From Paramoeba atlantica (taxonomy: Eukaryota > Protista > Discosea): 64,000 nucleotides of DNA. The first letter of the stretch is position 1; every line of letters starts with the position of its first letter. Below, piece after piece: positions 32,262-44,716 of this stretch. The stretch covers positions 1 through 64,000 of the forward strand of contig CDRNVI010000100.1 of NCBI GenBank assembly GCA_977017575.1, written 5' to 3'. A model generated the notes under the pieces. It had not been told where the DNA came from. It did not search any database and saw only the letters and a program-made list of their open reading frames with translations. A program made the translations under genes and the position numbers.

Positions 32262-34130
32262 ATGTCTACCCCCGCGGACGTCACCACACCTCTCAGACCC
32301 ACACCAACCCAAATTCCTCCCAATTCACTTCCCCTTAACTCCCCGATAGCAGCCACGGAAGCCCCCACTCACCCCTTCCCCCCTGTATTGTACTATCCTC
32401 TCCCCACGACCACGCTGCCTCCCTTTTCAGCTCCTCCGCATACGAGTGCGTTTTCCCCATTTCCGCTATCGATGCCTCAGGGATTTTATCCACAAGGAAA
32501 TTTTGTTCCCGATGCTCGTTGGCTATATCCCATGATGTCTTCCGCTTCGTCAAGTCTCTTACCCGCACAGGAACCTGAAAAATTAGTTTCGCAAAATGCT
32601 TCACATTCCCGTTCTGTTGCGCTGGAAAGTTTTATTTTGGATTATTTACATCGCAATGGGCTTGAAAAAGCCCATGCGTTGTGTACGGAGAGCTTTCACA
32701 CGGAAGAAAAAAATAGACAACCCTCGAGTGTGGAAAAGCCGCTAGGGCCTTCACATTCCGCAAAGGGATCGCGAGAGCTCGATACGGAATCCTTGGCTGT
32801 TTCGCCGAGAAAAGGAAAGAAGAAGGCAGTCCAAATAACCGACGACGATAAGGAAAATCAGAAATCGGGGATCACGTCAAAGGAAGAAACATTGAAATCA
32901 TTTGGTTTATCCAGTGCCGCGGTATCAGGTAAAAGGGAGATTCAACCGGAAAATGATTTGTCAACAGCAATGGAAGTTGCACCTGAATTGCTAGGGACAC
33001 ACAAGACTAAGAAATCTCGTGATTCAGAAAGAATGAAAGATAACAAAAAGCCACAAAAACAAAAAGATGAGATACCCCAGGTAAGTGGACATGAGTCGCA
33101 CACCACGAAGACTATGAAATCACATTCTCCAAAATCTGCCAAAGCGACAGATGCTGAAACAAAAGCAAAACCAAAGGACATGGAGGTGAAATCAAAGCAT
33201 TCTGAGCTCAGCCCCTCAGAAGAAGATTCTATTCCCTTTGTACAATGGGAAAAAGCCCAGAACCTGCAGGCAACTTGGAAGGTGCTCCACAAAAAAGATG
33301 ATGTCAGAGCTTCCGAGGACAATATTATCAGCAATGTTGAGGCGACGTCAAATTCAACCGGATGGAATTGCTTATTACCCGCAGATGTTTCTGCATCGGC
33401 CGAAGAGGTGAAAAAGAAAAAATCTAAAAACAAAGAAAGACAAGAAAACGCCTTGAGGCCTCGAACGGATATTATAATTCTCCAAGAGCAAGAAACAGCG
33501 AGCAAGAACGTTAAAAATTCAGTGATTGATAAATTCTTTTCTCCCTCTAAAAAGCCTCAGATCGCCGCCCAGCCTTCGTATGCTGAGTCTCCCGTTGAGA
33601 GAAAATCCTCCAAAGAAAAATCAAAATCAACAAAGCGCGATAGAAAACAGGGAAACCTTGAGACATCCGCCTCTAAATTACTTCTCGACGCCTCCCCGGT
33701 AGTTCTACCATCCAAGCATACAAAGAAATCGCGCATCAAAACGGGTGTCACTTTACCAGATCCAGTGGGACTTAACTCAACACCGTCAACAAACGAAAAG
33801 CTTCCTGCAACCCGCGAAAAAGTAGAAACAAGAAATATTTCTCCCCGCAAAGCCCTGCGATTGGGTACAAAGCAAATCACTGAGGCGGTTCAGCGTAAAT
33901 TCCAAGAGAGCACAAAACGCGCAGGACGTTCTTCCTCAACACCCGAGGGCACGAGGCCTGACCGTTTATCAAACACAAAAACCCAGCCTACTTCAGGCGC
34001 ACCTCAAGGGTTTTATTTAGCTGGGGAGTCAGATGGGACGGATAGTTCTGAGTGCACATCCGATTCGGACTTGAGCTCCGATGGATCGCTTTTATTTCAA
34101 AGTCACCACGTTCAAAAAATCAAAAAATGA
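32262..34130 (+). CDS. LisH-motif protein with long Lys/Ser-rich low-complexity region
   Basis: 622 aa; ESFILDYLHRNGLEKAHALCTES fits LisH consensus; Pro-rich N-terminus. Confidence 0.6.
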   Translation: MSTPADVTTPLRPTPTQIPPNSLPLNSPIAATEAPTHPFPPVLYYPLPTTTLPPFSAPPHTSAFSPFPLSMPQGFYPQGNFVPDARWLYPMMSSASSSLLPAQEPEKLVSQNASHSRSVALESFILDYLHRNGLEKAHALCTESFHTEEKNRQPSSVEKPLGPSHSAKGSRELDTESLAVSPRKGKKKAVQITDDDKENQKSGITSKEETLKSFGLSSAAVSGKREIQPENDLSTAMEVAPELLGTHKTKKSRDSERMKDNKKPQKQKDEIPQVSGHESHTTKTMKSHSPKSAKATDAETKAKPKDMEVKSKHSELSPSEEDSIPFVQWEKAQNLQATWKVLHKKDDVRASEDNIISNVEATSNSTGWNCLLPADVSASAEEVKKKKSKNKERQENALRPRTDIIILQEQETASKNVKNSVIDKFFSPSKKPQIAAQPSYAESPVERKSSKEKSKSTKRDRKQGNLETSASKLLLDASPVVLPSKHTKKSRIKTGVTLPDPVGLNSTPSTNEKLPATREKVETRNISPRKALRLGTKQITEAVQRKFQESTKRAGRSSSTPEGTRPDRLSNTKTQPTSGAPQGFYLAGESDGTDSSECTSDSDLSSDGSLLFQSHHVQKIKK

Positions 34131-34313
34131 TCAGGTGTGTTTTCTGTGTTTCATGCTTCAATTCTTTGTTTAAGCCATTCACTAGGCATTATTCTGTTTA
34201 TGTAACATTGTTCCTTAGCTTTTAGAAGTTTTCTGTGGATCTTTCCATTAGATATATTTGATCTTGTAAGCATTCTTCCGAATTTTTGCGCGTTGTAATG
34301 CTCGTTTAGAAGT

Positions 34314-34410
34314 TTCGTTAAACCCGGTGGTTGTTTTCAATGGTAAGTTCACCGGCATTGTCTGCACGTTGCTCAAAGCTACCGTTGTATTTAACGAAAA
34401 GCCTAAAAAA
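34314..34410. repeat. Degenerate copy of the large family palindrome (module D)
   Basis: TTCGTTAAACCCGGTGGTTGTTTTCAA ... CTACC...TTTAACGAAAAGCCTAAAAAA. Confidence 0.7.
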
Positions 34411-34412
34411 TG

Positions 34413-34630
34413 GACACATGAGGGGCTGCGGGTATGATCTCACGTGATCTCGTTTTGACATCGTCCAACCGCCCTCCCGAGCCAAATCCGCTCCCGGAGA
34501 TCTCGCGTGATCTCAAGTGATCTCTTTTTGGGCCTCACTCGCAGCTCCTCACATGTGTGAGATGTTGTGGGTAACGAGCAAACTGAGATCACGCAAGCTT
34601 AAGTGTGACACCCACAACCCTTCATATGTC
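34413..34630. mobile_element. Roughly 218-bp MITE with internal GATCTC repeats
   Basis: GACACATGAGGGGCTGCGGGT versus inverted ACCCACAACCCCTTCATATGTC; same left end recurs at 61900. Confidence 0.65.
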
Positions 34631-34989
34631 TACCAAGAACTGTCTTTTCTGGACGAAAAGATCTGCCATGTATGAGACGGAATTGTAGTCAAATTTTATA
34701 TTTCGTTTTATTTTTGTATCCTCTTAGGTAGATATAGTACAACTGATTATTCATAATTCTTTGCAAATTTGTGCTTGTCTGAAGTCGCCTTCGTTCAACG
34801 AATAGTCAACGACGTTGACTCTAATTTTTACGCAGTTCGTGTGTTTTTCCCTGCAGTAGAAAATCACAAGAAAGCTTTTTCCTTTAGCACACTGCAGATA
34901 CTTCCTGCAGTAGCTCGCACCACTCACGCCCAGGGAAGGTGCGCGGAGCACAACTACCGCGAGAATATGACTTAACACATTTTCTGGAG

Positions 34990-35285
34990 GGCACTGATAC
35001 TCTTAACCTTTTATGTATGTCCGTTTCCGGCTGGCGCTAGGGCCGGATACTCTTCTTTCCGTTGAAGAGGGGCCGCCGCTCCGCACACCCGTGCAGCGCG
35101 TCAGACGCGCCGAATGCCCCCGCTGGATGGACGGCGAGGAGAGCCTCTCAACGACGCTGCGTAGCCGAAAGGCTTCTTGCAGCCTCTCAACGACGCCCCC
35201 CGCAGTGGAAGTCCAGTGCCCCCTTCACCCCCCCCCCCCCCCTCATGCGCTGCAGGACCTCCCTTGAGGACCACGCAGCGTGGCC
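34990..35285 (+). repeat. Diverged paralogue of the region downstream of the SL-like exon at 57 kb
   Basis: ATG(T/C)CCGTTTCCGGCTG and CCTCCCTTGAGGACCAC shared with 57100-57260 in the same order. Confidence 0.6.
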
Positions 35286-35465
35286 ATAGGCCGAATCCCT
35301 GCGTACGACCGGCGTTGAATGCGCTGTAATGGCCGTTGATAACGGTCGTCGTACGTCAGGCGCTCACTCTGCAGGTCTTGCCCTGTATGAAATATACTGT
35401 TGAAATATACTGTTTATACTTAAACCTGCTCAATGTAATAAGGGTAGAGAATTTTTTCTACATAT

Positions 35466-36694
35466 TCAAGAAACGCGCCTGTTGATATACAGGCATAACC
35501 AAAAAAATACAGGCCATAACCATGTATAATGGTTTTCCGTTTGGCATTGTACTGTGTCCGTACATGTTTGTACATGAGCTCCGCGATGGCGCTCCTTTCC
35601 ATTCCAAATTACGAACGGAAGAAGAATACATCCATTAAGTGCTGCTGTAGCTACCAGCGTTGCGCTTCTTTTGTCAGCGAGTGCCATACTGCCGACTTGC
35701 AGTCCGCTCGGAGCGAGGGTACGCTCAGATAGACAATTGTAGGCTACAGCGGTTTCGTCCATATTGACAAGCAAAGACGTGAATATTTGTCCATTCCACT
35801 CTTGCCGAACTAGATCGCATATACGAAGGAGCACGTTTCTTCCGAGCTCCTCAATATTTGCGGGAAATGAACTTTGCATCGTGGCTTTGGCACTCTTAAA
35901 ATAAATGTTCATTTTCTTGAGCCAAGATACAACCGTAGGATATGAAGGACAGAAAGGCGCAATAAGTTCTGTACTTTCACTGTTGAGTGAATCGTTTTCT
36001 TTTTGATTTTCGAGAGATGCATCTAATATTTTAGAAACTATATCCTTCCATTCTTCACTAGGTTCTCGCAAGGTCTCGCTCATTACAACCCAAAGAAGAC
36101 ATTTGCTCACTGGAATGCCATGAAGGCATAATTCAAGCAGTAGTGCACTAATAAGATCCACATAATGAGAGAATATGCTTGGGCGCTTGTTGTTGATTGT
36201 CAAAGGTTGAAGAGATTGCGCGTACAAATTGCGCCTTTGCCACCAACGACGAATACACTGATAATCGATGCGATCAGAAAATGAAAAAAAAGTTCCTTGA
36301 TTCGTGGGCAAATGTTTGTCCAATGCGATCCATTAATGCTAGGCCTTCGGTTACGCACAAATATCGAGCTTCAGCTCATTAAAAAGTCAACGGCATCGCA
36401 CACCGACTGCTTTACCTCTAAAGATAGGTTTTTGCGTACTGCAACTCTGTTTTCGTTTACTTCTTCCGGTTCGATTTCGACCTGCGGAAGATTATTATTT
36501 GCATGAGGATGGTGAATACCTAGTATTTGGAACTGCATTCGATTCGTCTTTTTATCCCAAAAAAGAGGTAAACCATCTGCTTCAATAGAATGCAACTCAC
36601 CGAATGATTTACACAGAATGAAGGTTCTTTCAACTCCTTCTGCTTCAGCTATACTTTTCGCCTCCGAGGCATGGAAAAGACCCACCTCCACCAT
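35466..36694 (-). pseudogene. pogo/CENP-B-like (DDE_1) transposase, frameshifted and 3'-truncated
   Basis: RKNLSLEVK HTH start, PTVVSWLKK, NMDETAVAY, TLVATAALNGCILLPFVIWNGK; second and third catalytic residues absent. Confidence 0.75.
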
Positions 36695-37544
36695 AAATTA
36701 GTTTACGGAAGCATCGATATAACTTTGTGCAAGGCGTTCGAACGGAAAAAAACCTCTGTTGCCAAGTCATTGTTTCCGTCTCTTTCGAACAGAGAATTAA
36801 ACCACCTATTTTTTTTTTAGCCAACTGAGTGCAGGACGTCCTCCTATCGACGTAAATTCGTCCATGCCACCCATTTCATGTGACATGCGTTTCCGAGGCA
36901 TTTTAAAGCGATGAAACTTACTACCAAAAAAAATTATCATTTTTTAAAACACAAAACTTTTGATAAAAAAAATGCTTCGAAATGCTCAAAAAAATACCAT
37001 TTATCAAAATTAATCAGAGGGGGAGCTGACCACGGATGCACCACGGAAGAAAGTACTCATCCAAACTACCATGTGCAGAGGTCGTTTCGATGAGTACTTC
37101 CATTTTCGTCGGAGGGCGGTGATAGTAAACCATGTTCCAGGATAGTATACCTAGTAGGTATACTAAGTGGATACGGTATACTAAATTTTGTCTAAAAAGC
37201 AGAAAAAAAATCGCGCCGTTCCTTATCTGCAGTTGCTAGAATAATGGTGTCTTGACCTCAAAATGCGACTTCTTACCGTGTGATTGCTAGAAAAGTTGCT
37301 CTGTTGCTTCTAAAAAAGGGACGTCTCCCGCTCCTGTTGCTGGGAGGGGGGTAGATATACTAAGAGGGGTGACTCTGGGTGGGAGCGCCTAGGATATCTT
37401 TCGTCAAAATTTTCTTCCTTAGTTTCTTAATATTTTTTGCTTCAATCGGAAATACAGAAATCATGTTACTGGTATTGTTATTCTGCAGAACTTAAACGAG
37501 GGTTTCGACATGTAATAAACCATGTTAATAATACATTGTGCTTA

Positions 37545-38339
37545 GAGGGGTGACTCTGGGTGGGAGCGCCTAGGATCCCGCCTAGGATTTTTTCCAACTT
37601 TTTTTTCGTGAAAAATCCGAACTTGGCGGACCCATCCTGCGGATACCAGGGGGGGTCACCCTCACGTGGGGGTGGAAAATTTGTTCACTTTTTTTTAATA
37701 ATCGAGGGTACATCGGTAGTTAAACAACCACCGCAATACACATAACGTTAAGGACCGTCCAACCGGTGGGATTTTCTTGGTCGAATGAGCAGAGCGTTGT
37801 AGTATCGGACTGCGTCAGGGACTCTGCTAGCTCACCCGCTAAAACTCCACTATCCCAGATTGTTAGTCCGGGACGGTCCTGACTGGAGAAACGAAGTTTT
37901 TTACGCCTCCACTCCTCTGGAGATGGGGTGGGATTCGACCACAGCTTGCACGAGTGCAGTTCCACCTCCATCGAGGTTACAAGGTTGGCACGCGAGAAAA
38001 GGTGGTGCTAACAACGTATTCCTGGAGATGGACCTACCACGCCGTCTTACAACCCCGGAACGCGGTTAACGACTCCGCGAATAGGGGTTAAGCAGGAATA
38101 GTAATGGATAAATCCCTGCAGCTAGCTGGAAGTCCTTACTTCGGAAGGCTGGGGTCGCCATGCCCCATCACGGACGACAGCCCAACGCCGGACTCCCTTT
38201 CTTTCTCTTTGTCATGTTAGCCCAGCATGTTCCATCCAAGGGGCATTGAGGATTCCGGACCTCTTTGAGAAAAAATCATTTTACCAAGTCGGATCTCCGT
38301 AGAAGTTTACTGGGAGCGCCCGGGCAGGAGTCACCCCTC
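37545..38339. mobile_element. 795-bp element with 12-bp TIRs (GAGGGGTGACTC), TA flanks, carrying a truncated family B-A segment
   Basis: TA-GAGGGGTGACTC at 37543 and GAGTCACCCCTC-TA at 38328-38341; extra left-end copy near 37364; module A ends at 37737. Confidence 0.65.
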
Positions 38340-38529
38340 TAAGTGGCCTTGGGACACTTAGTAATCACCCTCCCCCCTTTATAGGTTTCATTGGGCAAAA
38401 GCGAGGCTATTATAAACGGGGTGGTACAGTAACTACCGTTTACTTGTAACTACTGTTTAGTGCACATTACTTTTGAGGAGGAATTTATTCGTCTTTTATT
38501 CTATCAACACTTTTTGCTTTTTTCGCGTA

Positions 38530-39137
38530 ATGTTTCTCACAGATCTGCCAATCGTGTACCTACAAATCCAGGTTTTTTGTGCCGTGACACTCACCCCCCT
38601 TTAGCAGGTAAGGTACGTGGAGTTCAACTTCCTTCGGAATATGAACTTGCTCGTTTTGTTCAGACCTTCGCAAACAGACATCCCACATGGGACGCATCGG
38701 TATCAACAGGTTCCTGGAAAGGTGTTGTGTGCGACAAGAACGAAAATGTGCAAGATATTTATTGGTATGGATATAAACTTAATGGAAACGTTTCATGGGA
38801 ATATATTCCGAACTCTGTAAAACACCTAAGTTTGGCGAACAATGAGCTTCATGGCTCGGTTGATATCGCTGCATTGCCACGAAATATGAAGGGGTTGCAG
38901 CTACAAGAAAACGAGTTTTCTGGAGTACTTGAGCTTGAGGCACTGCCGCCTACCATCACGGACGCAAACTTTTCTTTGAATAAATTTAGTGGGACGGTCG
39001 ACTTGTGTCATTTACCGCATAGTATGAAAGAATTACGTTTAAATGATAACATAGACCTTTCCGGTTTTGTATACATACGTGACCTTCCGGATTCACTTAG
39101 GACGTTTGGGTGGCAAAGAACTAATATATTGGTCTGA
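38530..39137 (+). CDS. Short LRR protein; one extra C in a homopolymer separates the likely ATG from the body
   Basis: AGKVRGVQLPSEYELARFV cap and LRRs; ATG 38530 gives MFLTDLPIVYLQIQVFCAVTLTP in another frame, joined by removing one C near 38595. Confidence 0.7.
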
Positions 39138-40004
39138 ACCTTAAAGTTTAATATCGGGAGGTGGTTCGCTCAAAACCAACTTTCGATACCTTTTTGCTGA
39201 CAATATCTGCGAAGAATTCGATGGAAAATATCTGTATGCAACACTATTTCTTCATTCATACATCGGGGTTCCATGGAACACGGAACACTGTTCCGGGAAC
39301 AGGAATATCGCTGTCCCGCATTTCGGTCCTATTCAAAAAAATTGGGGTACGAGGACACTTCCGTGAGTACTCATCAAAACGCCCACGTGTCAAAACGAAA
39401 ATCATTGAAACGAAAGAAACTCATCGAAGGTGATTTTAATTACTTTTGAGGTGGTTTTCGACTCGGGAGTAAACGCATGTGCAGTCATGATGATGGCTAG
39501 GCCATTTGCCACGTAGGGATGTGGGTGCAGTCATGAAAAAAAACGTTACGAAAAAAAATGTAGAAACGTGAAAGCAAAATAATATCTGTGACTCTTATTA
39601 GAAATGTGATTTTCCATTGATTTAAAGATCGTGATACCATATTAAATATAGAAGCGCGCGCAAGTTAATCAAAAAATTACCTGGACAAAGAAATCCTAGG
39701 ATTCGCACGGCACCAAGAAAACCACAGAAAACTCAGATACGAGACAAAAGAATATGCGCAAAAAACCGTTGCTATGGACGGAAAAGCTCGGAAGGCGGGG
39801 GTCGCTAAGCCCCTGCATTGTATACAATGCCCCTGGCCTATGGCCACTTTACAGTAGCCATGAAAAAAAATATGTGCAGAAAATAGAATTGTAGATTTAA
39901 AATTATAATAACACCTAAACCGTTGCTTCGCAGCCCGATTAACCCGGGGTGCGGAAATATATGTAAATACGGATTTAAGCTTCATTTCGGGAGTCATGCG
40001 AGGC

Positions 40005-40186
40005 AACCCAGGGCAAAGTGGACGAGGGAGATACCAATAGTTTAGCTGCGGCAGTTTCCAAAGGAAAAACGGCATCTCTACCGTTTTAGGCGCTTGCCTT
40101 CATGCCATAAGGGAGATACTGTTTTTCCTTTGGAAACTGCCACACCTAAACTTTTGGTATCTCCCTCGTCCACTTTGCCCTGGGTT
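40005..40186. mobile_element. Roughly 182-bp fold-back MITE
   Basis: 74-bp arms AACCCAGGGCAAAGTGGACGAGGGAGATACC... with about 5 mismatches and roughly 33-bp spacer. Confidence 0.85.
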
Positions 40187-40209
40187 ACATAGGAAAAACA
40201 TGTTCCCTA

Positions 40210-40320
40210 GGACTCCATACAGCTTCCCACGCGAGGAAGTCGTCGTCTCTGCGGCAAAAAGGCGGAAGGCTCCGCCTTCTGCCTTTTGCCTTGCGCCTCC
40301 TCCTTCCTCTACGGTCTTGC
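40210..40320 (+). repeat. Roughly 110-bp repeat, inverted partner at 43995-44105, each with an internal palindrome
   Basis: GCGAGGAAGTCGTCGTC...GGCAAAAAGGC(G/A)GAAGGCTCCGCCTTCTGC...CCTCCTCCTTCCTCTAC present in both in opposite orientation. Confidence 0.85.
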
Positions 40321-40529
40321 GTATCCCAAACTTCAAGTTGCAAAAATCATACGTGGGAAATTCGGGTTTGCAAATCGCTTCCGAAGGGGGTCTCGAGTCG
40401 TCCAAAAGGTGCGTTTTTCTTTCCTAAAATTCTTCTTTCCTTATGGTGCTGCCTTTGGTTCTTTGCGAAAAAAACCTTTTCCGGAAAAACTTTTTTCGGG
40501 CCAAATTTTATTAATACTGGGTAGCGAGG

Positions 40530-40790
40530 GAGTAGTATCTCCCTCAATAAGGTAGTTATTTGTTCTTTGGTTATCGGGCGCGCCTGTCGCAGCGGTATCG
40601 AATCGCTGGACCGGACCAGCGTCTTTGCTAGCAACTCCGAATGGGTTGCCGGTCTTTGCGCTTTTGTTAGCACTGAAATGAGGTGCTTCAAGTAGGTGTG
40701 TTTGTTCTGTATTGTCACCTGCAGTCCCGAGATAAACGACACCAGGTTGTCGTCCTTTAGATGACTTTTAACGAATATACATTTGTAACT
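40530..40790 (-). pseudogene. Possible TATE/VIPER-like tyrosine recombinase N-terminal fragment
   Basis: KHTYLKHLISVL...IPLRQARPITKEQITTLL resembles the linker preceding YR catalytic domains in kinetoplastid TATE/DIRS elements; no catalytic RHRY residues retained. Confidence 0.4.
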
Positions 40791-40852
40791 AAATTTTGTA
40801 GAACGCACCGAAAAAAGATTTAAATTGGCTGATAAAACAAAAATATGGCTAC

Positions 40853-41704
40853 TCATGCCAACTTATGCCAATTCATGCCAACTTGTGCCAGTTCATGCCA
40901 ACTCATGCCAACCAAGACTTGCACAGTCTCCTTTGAATGAGGCAGTATCAGCCTATTAGTGCGACTGTCATAAAACCCCCCATCCGCAAGAGCGCGAAGA
41001 TTGCATTTCGACAAAAAACTGAGGACCCCGCTGTGATCTTGAATAACTGCATCCGAAGATGCTCCACAATACAAAGTGTCAGATGTGAAGCAAACAAATC
41101 CTGACATTGTACACGCCACGAGAGCCTTAACTACGTGCGTAGCGTACTTTGGCTGGTAACAACGAGGTAAACTATCAACAAAAAGAGGGACAGTGCCCAA
41201 AGCCACTGTAACATCTTTATCCCAGAAAGGAAATGCAGTGTTAGCTTCGTGAAAAAGAATATCAGAGTCAAGGGACAACCAAGATTCTTTCATATTCTGA
41301 TACATTTTCTTGAAAAAAGCCGGTATTTTGTCGGCACAAGAGCGTTCAGACCATCCTGGGCCAAATTTTAACAGCATAAGTTCAGAGGTGATGTCGTAAC
41401 TACCCCCGCATCGTAAAAAAAGAAAGCTGGCAAAAATTTCCTCGAAAGGGTAAAAATGCCTTAGCAGGGCAAGAACTCGGTGGCTTAGCCCACAGAGAGA
41501 AAGCTCAGAATATTTCATCTCATATGGGGCATCCGGTTCACGTGCATCCGGTTCCACATCAGATTCAGATGGAGGGACAGAGAAAGGTTCGGGATTCGAG
41601 CCACTACTCAGCGCCGAGGTATCTGAAAAGGGCACCATAAAGATAAAGGAACAGAACAGAAAAGCAATGTAGAGCTTGTTAATAACAGTACGTTTTAAAA
41701 CCAT
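40853..41704 (-). pseudogene. DDE_Tnp_4 (ISL2EU/Harbinger/IS5-like) transposase, 3'-truncated
   Basis: YQPKYATHVVKALVACTMSGFV, CGASSDAVI, ALADGGF...LILPH; ends in a 10-bp (CATGCCAACT)n repeat. Confidence 0.7.
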
Positions 41705-41879
41705 GTGTCAAGGAAATAGCATTTTAATACACAATATAAATTATTTGTATATCTTGAACATAATGTACATAAACTGTTGTATCTTAAACTTGCTTGAACA
41801 ATCTTATCTTGCACTTACAATGCTTCCTTTTCCATGCCTTACAGCTTTACTTTACTTACTGTTTTTAAAGTGAAGAGTA

Positions 41880-42761
41880 TGTGGAGAACGGGTTTAGGCA
41901 ATACTGTCGCTCCGATGACGTTTCGGACCGCTAACCTCGTTTCTTCCATTTGTATCGCGTATTTCTACGATTTCAACCTCAGCTTCTGCGGAGATGGAAC
42001 TACGAGGCGGAGGTCTCGCAACGTGGAAGAGGTGGAAGTTGTCAGTCTTTCGGTCTTTGATGATGCGACGTTGCAGAAGGTCATCTTTAAGGGATTAGAC
42101 TTCACTTGCTTCCAGTGTTGCCGAAAGTTTATCCTTGACATCACCTTGAATTTGATGAACAAACTTTCGATCAACTTCAAGGTTTGCATCCCCCAAAGTC
42201 GATAAAAAGCTCTCCACCAAAGCTACTTGATCGTCGCGTAGTCTCTTTTTCTCGTTCGCACGCACACCTTCGTACATGCGCCACATGTTTCGAAGAAATT
42301 CTTGCAAGGAGTTGCGTTCTTCGGGGTGAAGAGGGTGGTTGAAGTATGCGCATATTGCTTCCGCAGAGAGAGAGAGATGTAGTGCTTGATGGAAACATCT
42401 TTAGCTCGCTTGATTAGGATAAGGACCTGTGCCACGTGACCGAACATGAGTTTCGTGCCGCAAAGCATACGGCCAACGTACTCTGCACACACATTGAGAA
42501 CTTTATTCTCTTGAAGCTCACGAGCGTGGAGATGGTAGAAGTCGTGGAGATGGCACTGGGCAGAAGTCGTTCCGAGTCCTGTGGAGCATTGCATAGAGGA
42601 CAGTAGTTCGTTCCTATGATTACCGAGACCCTTTGACATTGGATGCAAGGATCTTTTGCATCACTTTTAATGGTGCATGCACACATTACACACCGTATAG
42701 GTTCCCCCAAAGACACGTGGCGGTCCACCTTGCAGCGAGGACAATACATTTTTCCCATCAC
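41880..42761 (-). pseudogene. Frameshifted ORF with N-terminal four-CxxC zinc ribbon
   Basis: CPRC, CVMC, CIQC, CPLC pairs in 42414-42761; continuation in overlapping frames to about 41900. Confidence 0.45.
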
Positions 42762-43430
42762 AATAAATTTGAATAGGTGGAGAGTTCGAATCTAGAAAAT
42801 AATAATAATGATTATCATTTTGCATCACAAGGGAGCAACGTTTAAGAAATAGCAGTAACAATCCATATTTGATCAACTAAACTTATACTAAATGATCAAC
42901 AAAGACCAGTATCAGTGCCACACTTTGGCCCACCATGGCCCCTAGTGGCCCACCGTGACCCCGAGTGGACCCGGGTGGACCCGAAAAAGACGCCAAATTG
43001 CAGGGGGTCCACTGCAATCCAGTGCCAACTTGTGCCAGCCAGTGCAAGCCACAACGGCCATTATTCTAGGGGACCCCACTCGCACCTTTATCTGGCATAA
43101 AAAGTGGCCACTTATATTGCATACTAATCTGCACCTTTATATTGCATAATGCACCTTTACATATATATTAAGCTGCACTTTTATATTGGATAAATTCTGC
43201 ACCTTTATCTGGCATAAAAGTTGGAAAAAAATCGAGCTCTTAAATTTTTTTCGAGCCCGTAGAAATTTTTCGACCCCTTAAAAAAATTCACCCCTTAAAA
43301 AGTATGATCATTTTTCGTTGGTTTTCGCGAAATTTGAGGTTGACTGGAAATTTTAGGTTTTTCACGTTGCCAAAAAATGGAAAAAAATAAATTCACTTTT
43401 GCTCCCGGTGAGGCCCCGGAGTTGCGAGAG

Positions 43431-43770
43431 GGCACCCGGACATTTATAATGCATATTAAGCTGCACATTGCTAATGCATATAGCACATTTGTAATGCATA
43501 TAGCACATTTATAATGCATATAGCACATTTATAATGCATATAGCACATTTATAATGCATATCACAATAGTGAATTTCTTGGACACCTCAACTTAATTTTT
43601 TTTGCAGCATTCACCAGTTTATGTCGCAGACGGGTAAACAAGGTCTGGGTTTATTGGCCCGGCCGGCCCCTCCGTGCGTTCGGCCTCTCATATTCCCCAA
43701 AACAACTACCACCTTCCCCCCATTTATCAGGGGTCGCTCACGCGACCCCCGTTAAATAGGGGGGGGGGAG
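43431..43770 (+). repeat. 20-bp minisatellite (ATAGCACATTTATAATGCAT)n followed by module E palindrome
   Basis: About six units at 43440-43560; E arms joined by CGCTCACGCG spacer near 43735. Confidence 0.85.
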
Positions 43771-44716
43771 GTTGTCACTCAGATTCGTCCTGTACTACAA
43801 TCTTGCTGAAGGTAATGTTTCAGTTTCATACCGGGCGAGCCGGCAGAGCATTTTCCTGTTTTATGACGACCGTTATCAACGGCCATTACAGCGCATTCAA
43901 CGCCGGTCGTACGCAGAGATTCGGCCGGCTATGTCTCTACTTCGTTGACCCGTCAGCGAGTGTGATTTGATCAACGCTAAGACCTGTTACATTTGCGATC
44001 TGCAAAACTGTAGAGGAAGGAGGAGGCGCAAGGCAAAAAGCAGAAGGCGGAGCCTTCTGCCTTTTTGCCGTAGCGACGACGACTTCCTCGCATAGGAATC
44101 TGTAAGGATCCCAACAACAACAAGGAGCCTAGGATCTGCTTTGGAACCGCGGAATTGGGGAGCTGTTAGGATTGGGTGAAAATTATAATTCCTGAAAATC
44201 TTTCATCGACTCTGAGACCCAGCTGCGGTTCCGCTCTTCGGTCAATGGGCCCCGAGAATATGGTCTAGTTCTTTAATGTGCGGTGATTGTCCGGCTTTAG
44301 TACGACTGGTTTTCCTTCAGGAAACATGGTTATTTTAGCCGGGGAGGCCGGTCTTCGCGCCTTGTAAGGGAGAGGCGTGGCCGGTTTACTGGACCCAAAG
44401 TGGCATGAAGAACACTTCGTGTGTTTCATTTTGAATGGAGAAAAATGTTTATTGCAGACAGCACAAGGCTGTTTGAGTTGGAAGGCCTCAGCGGTGAGGA
44501 GGATTTCTTTTTAAAGTCTGGATCTGGAAGGCCAGTGTTCTCATGTTATGCTCCAGGAGAGCTATGGTCTATTTCTTATCACTGGGGCCACGTTTCTTGC
44601 TCTGTTGAGTACACTTTTCGCAGAAACGGTGATGGGGGAGATGGGGGACGAAGTATGTCTCACAATCTGAACATACTCATGTAGAGATCGTGAAAAACGT
44701 GTCATGATAAAAAAAT

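Noticed and set aside
37740-38300. Second RLE retrotransposon remnant
   Set aside because: Only faint motif echoes (IHYYSC, RPGLTIW) with several stops; too weak to call as a feature.
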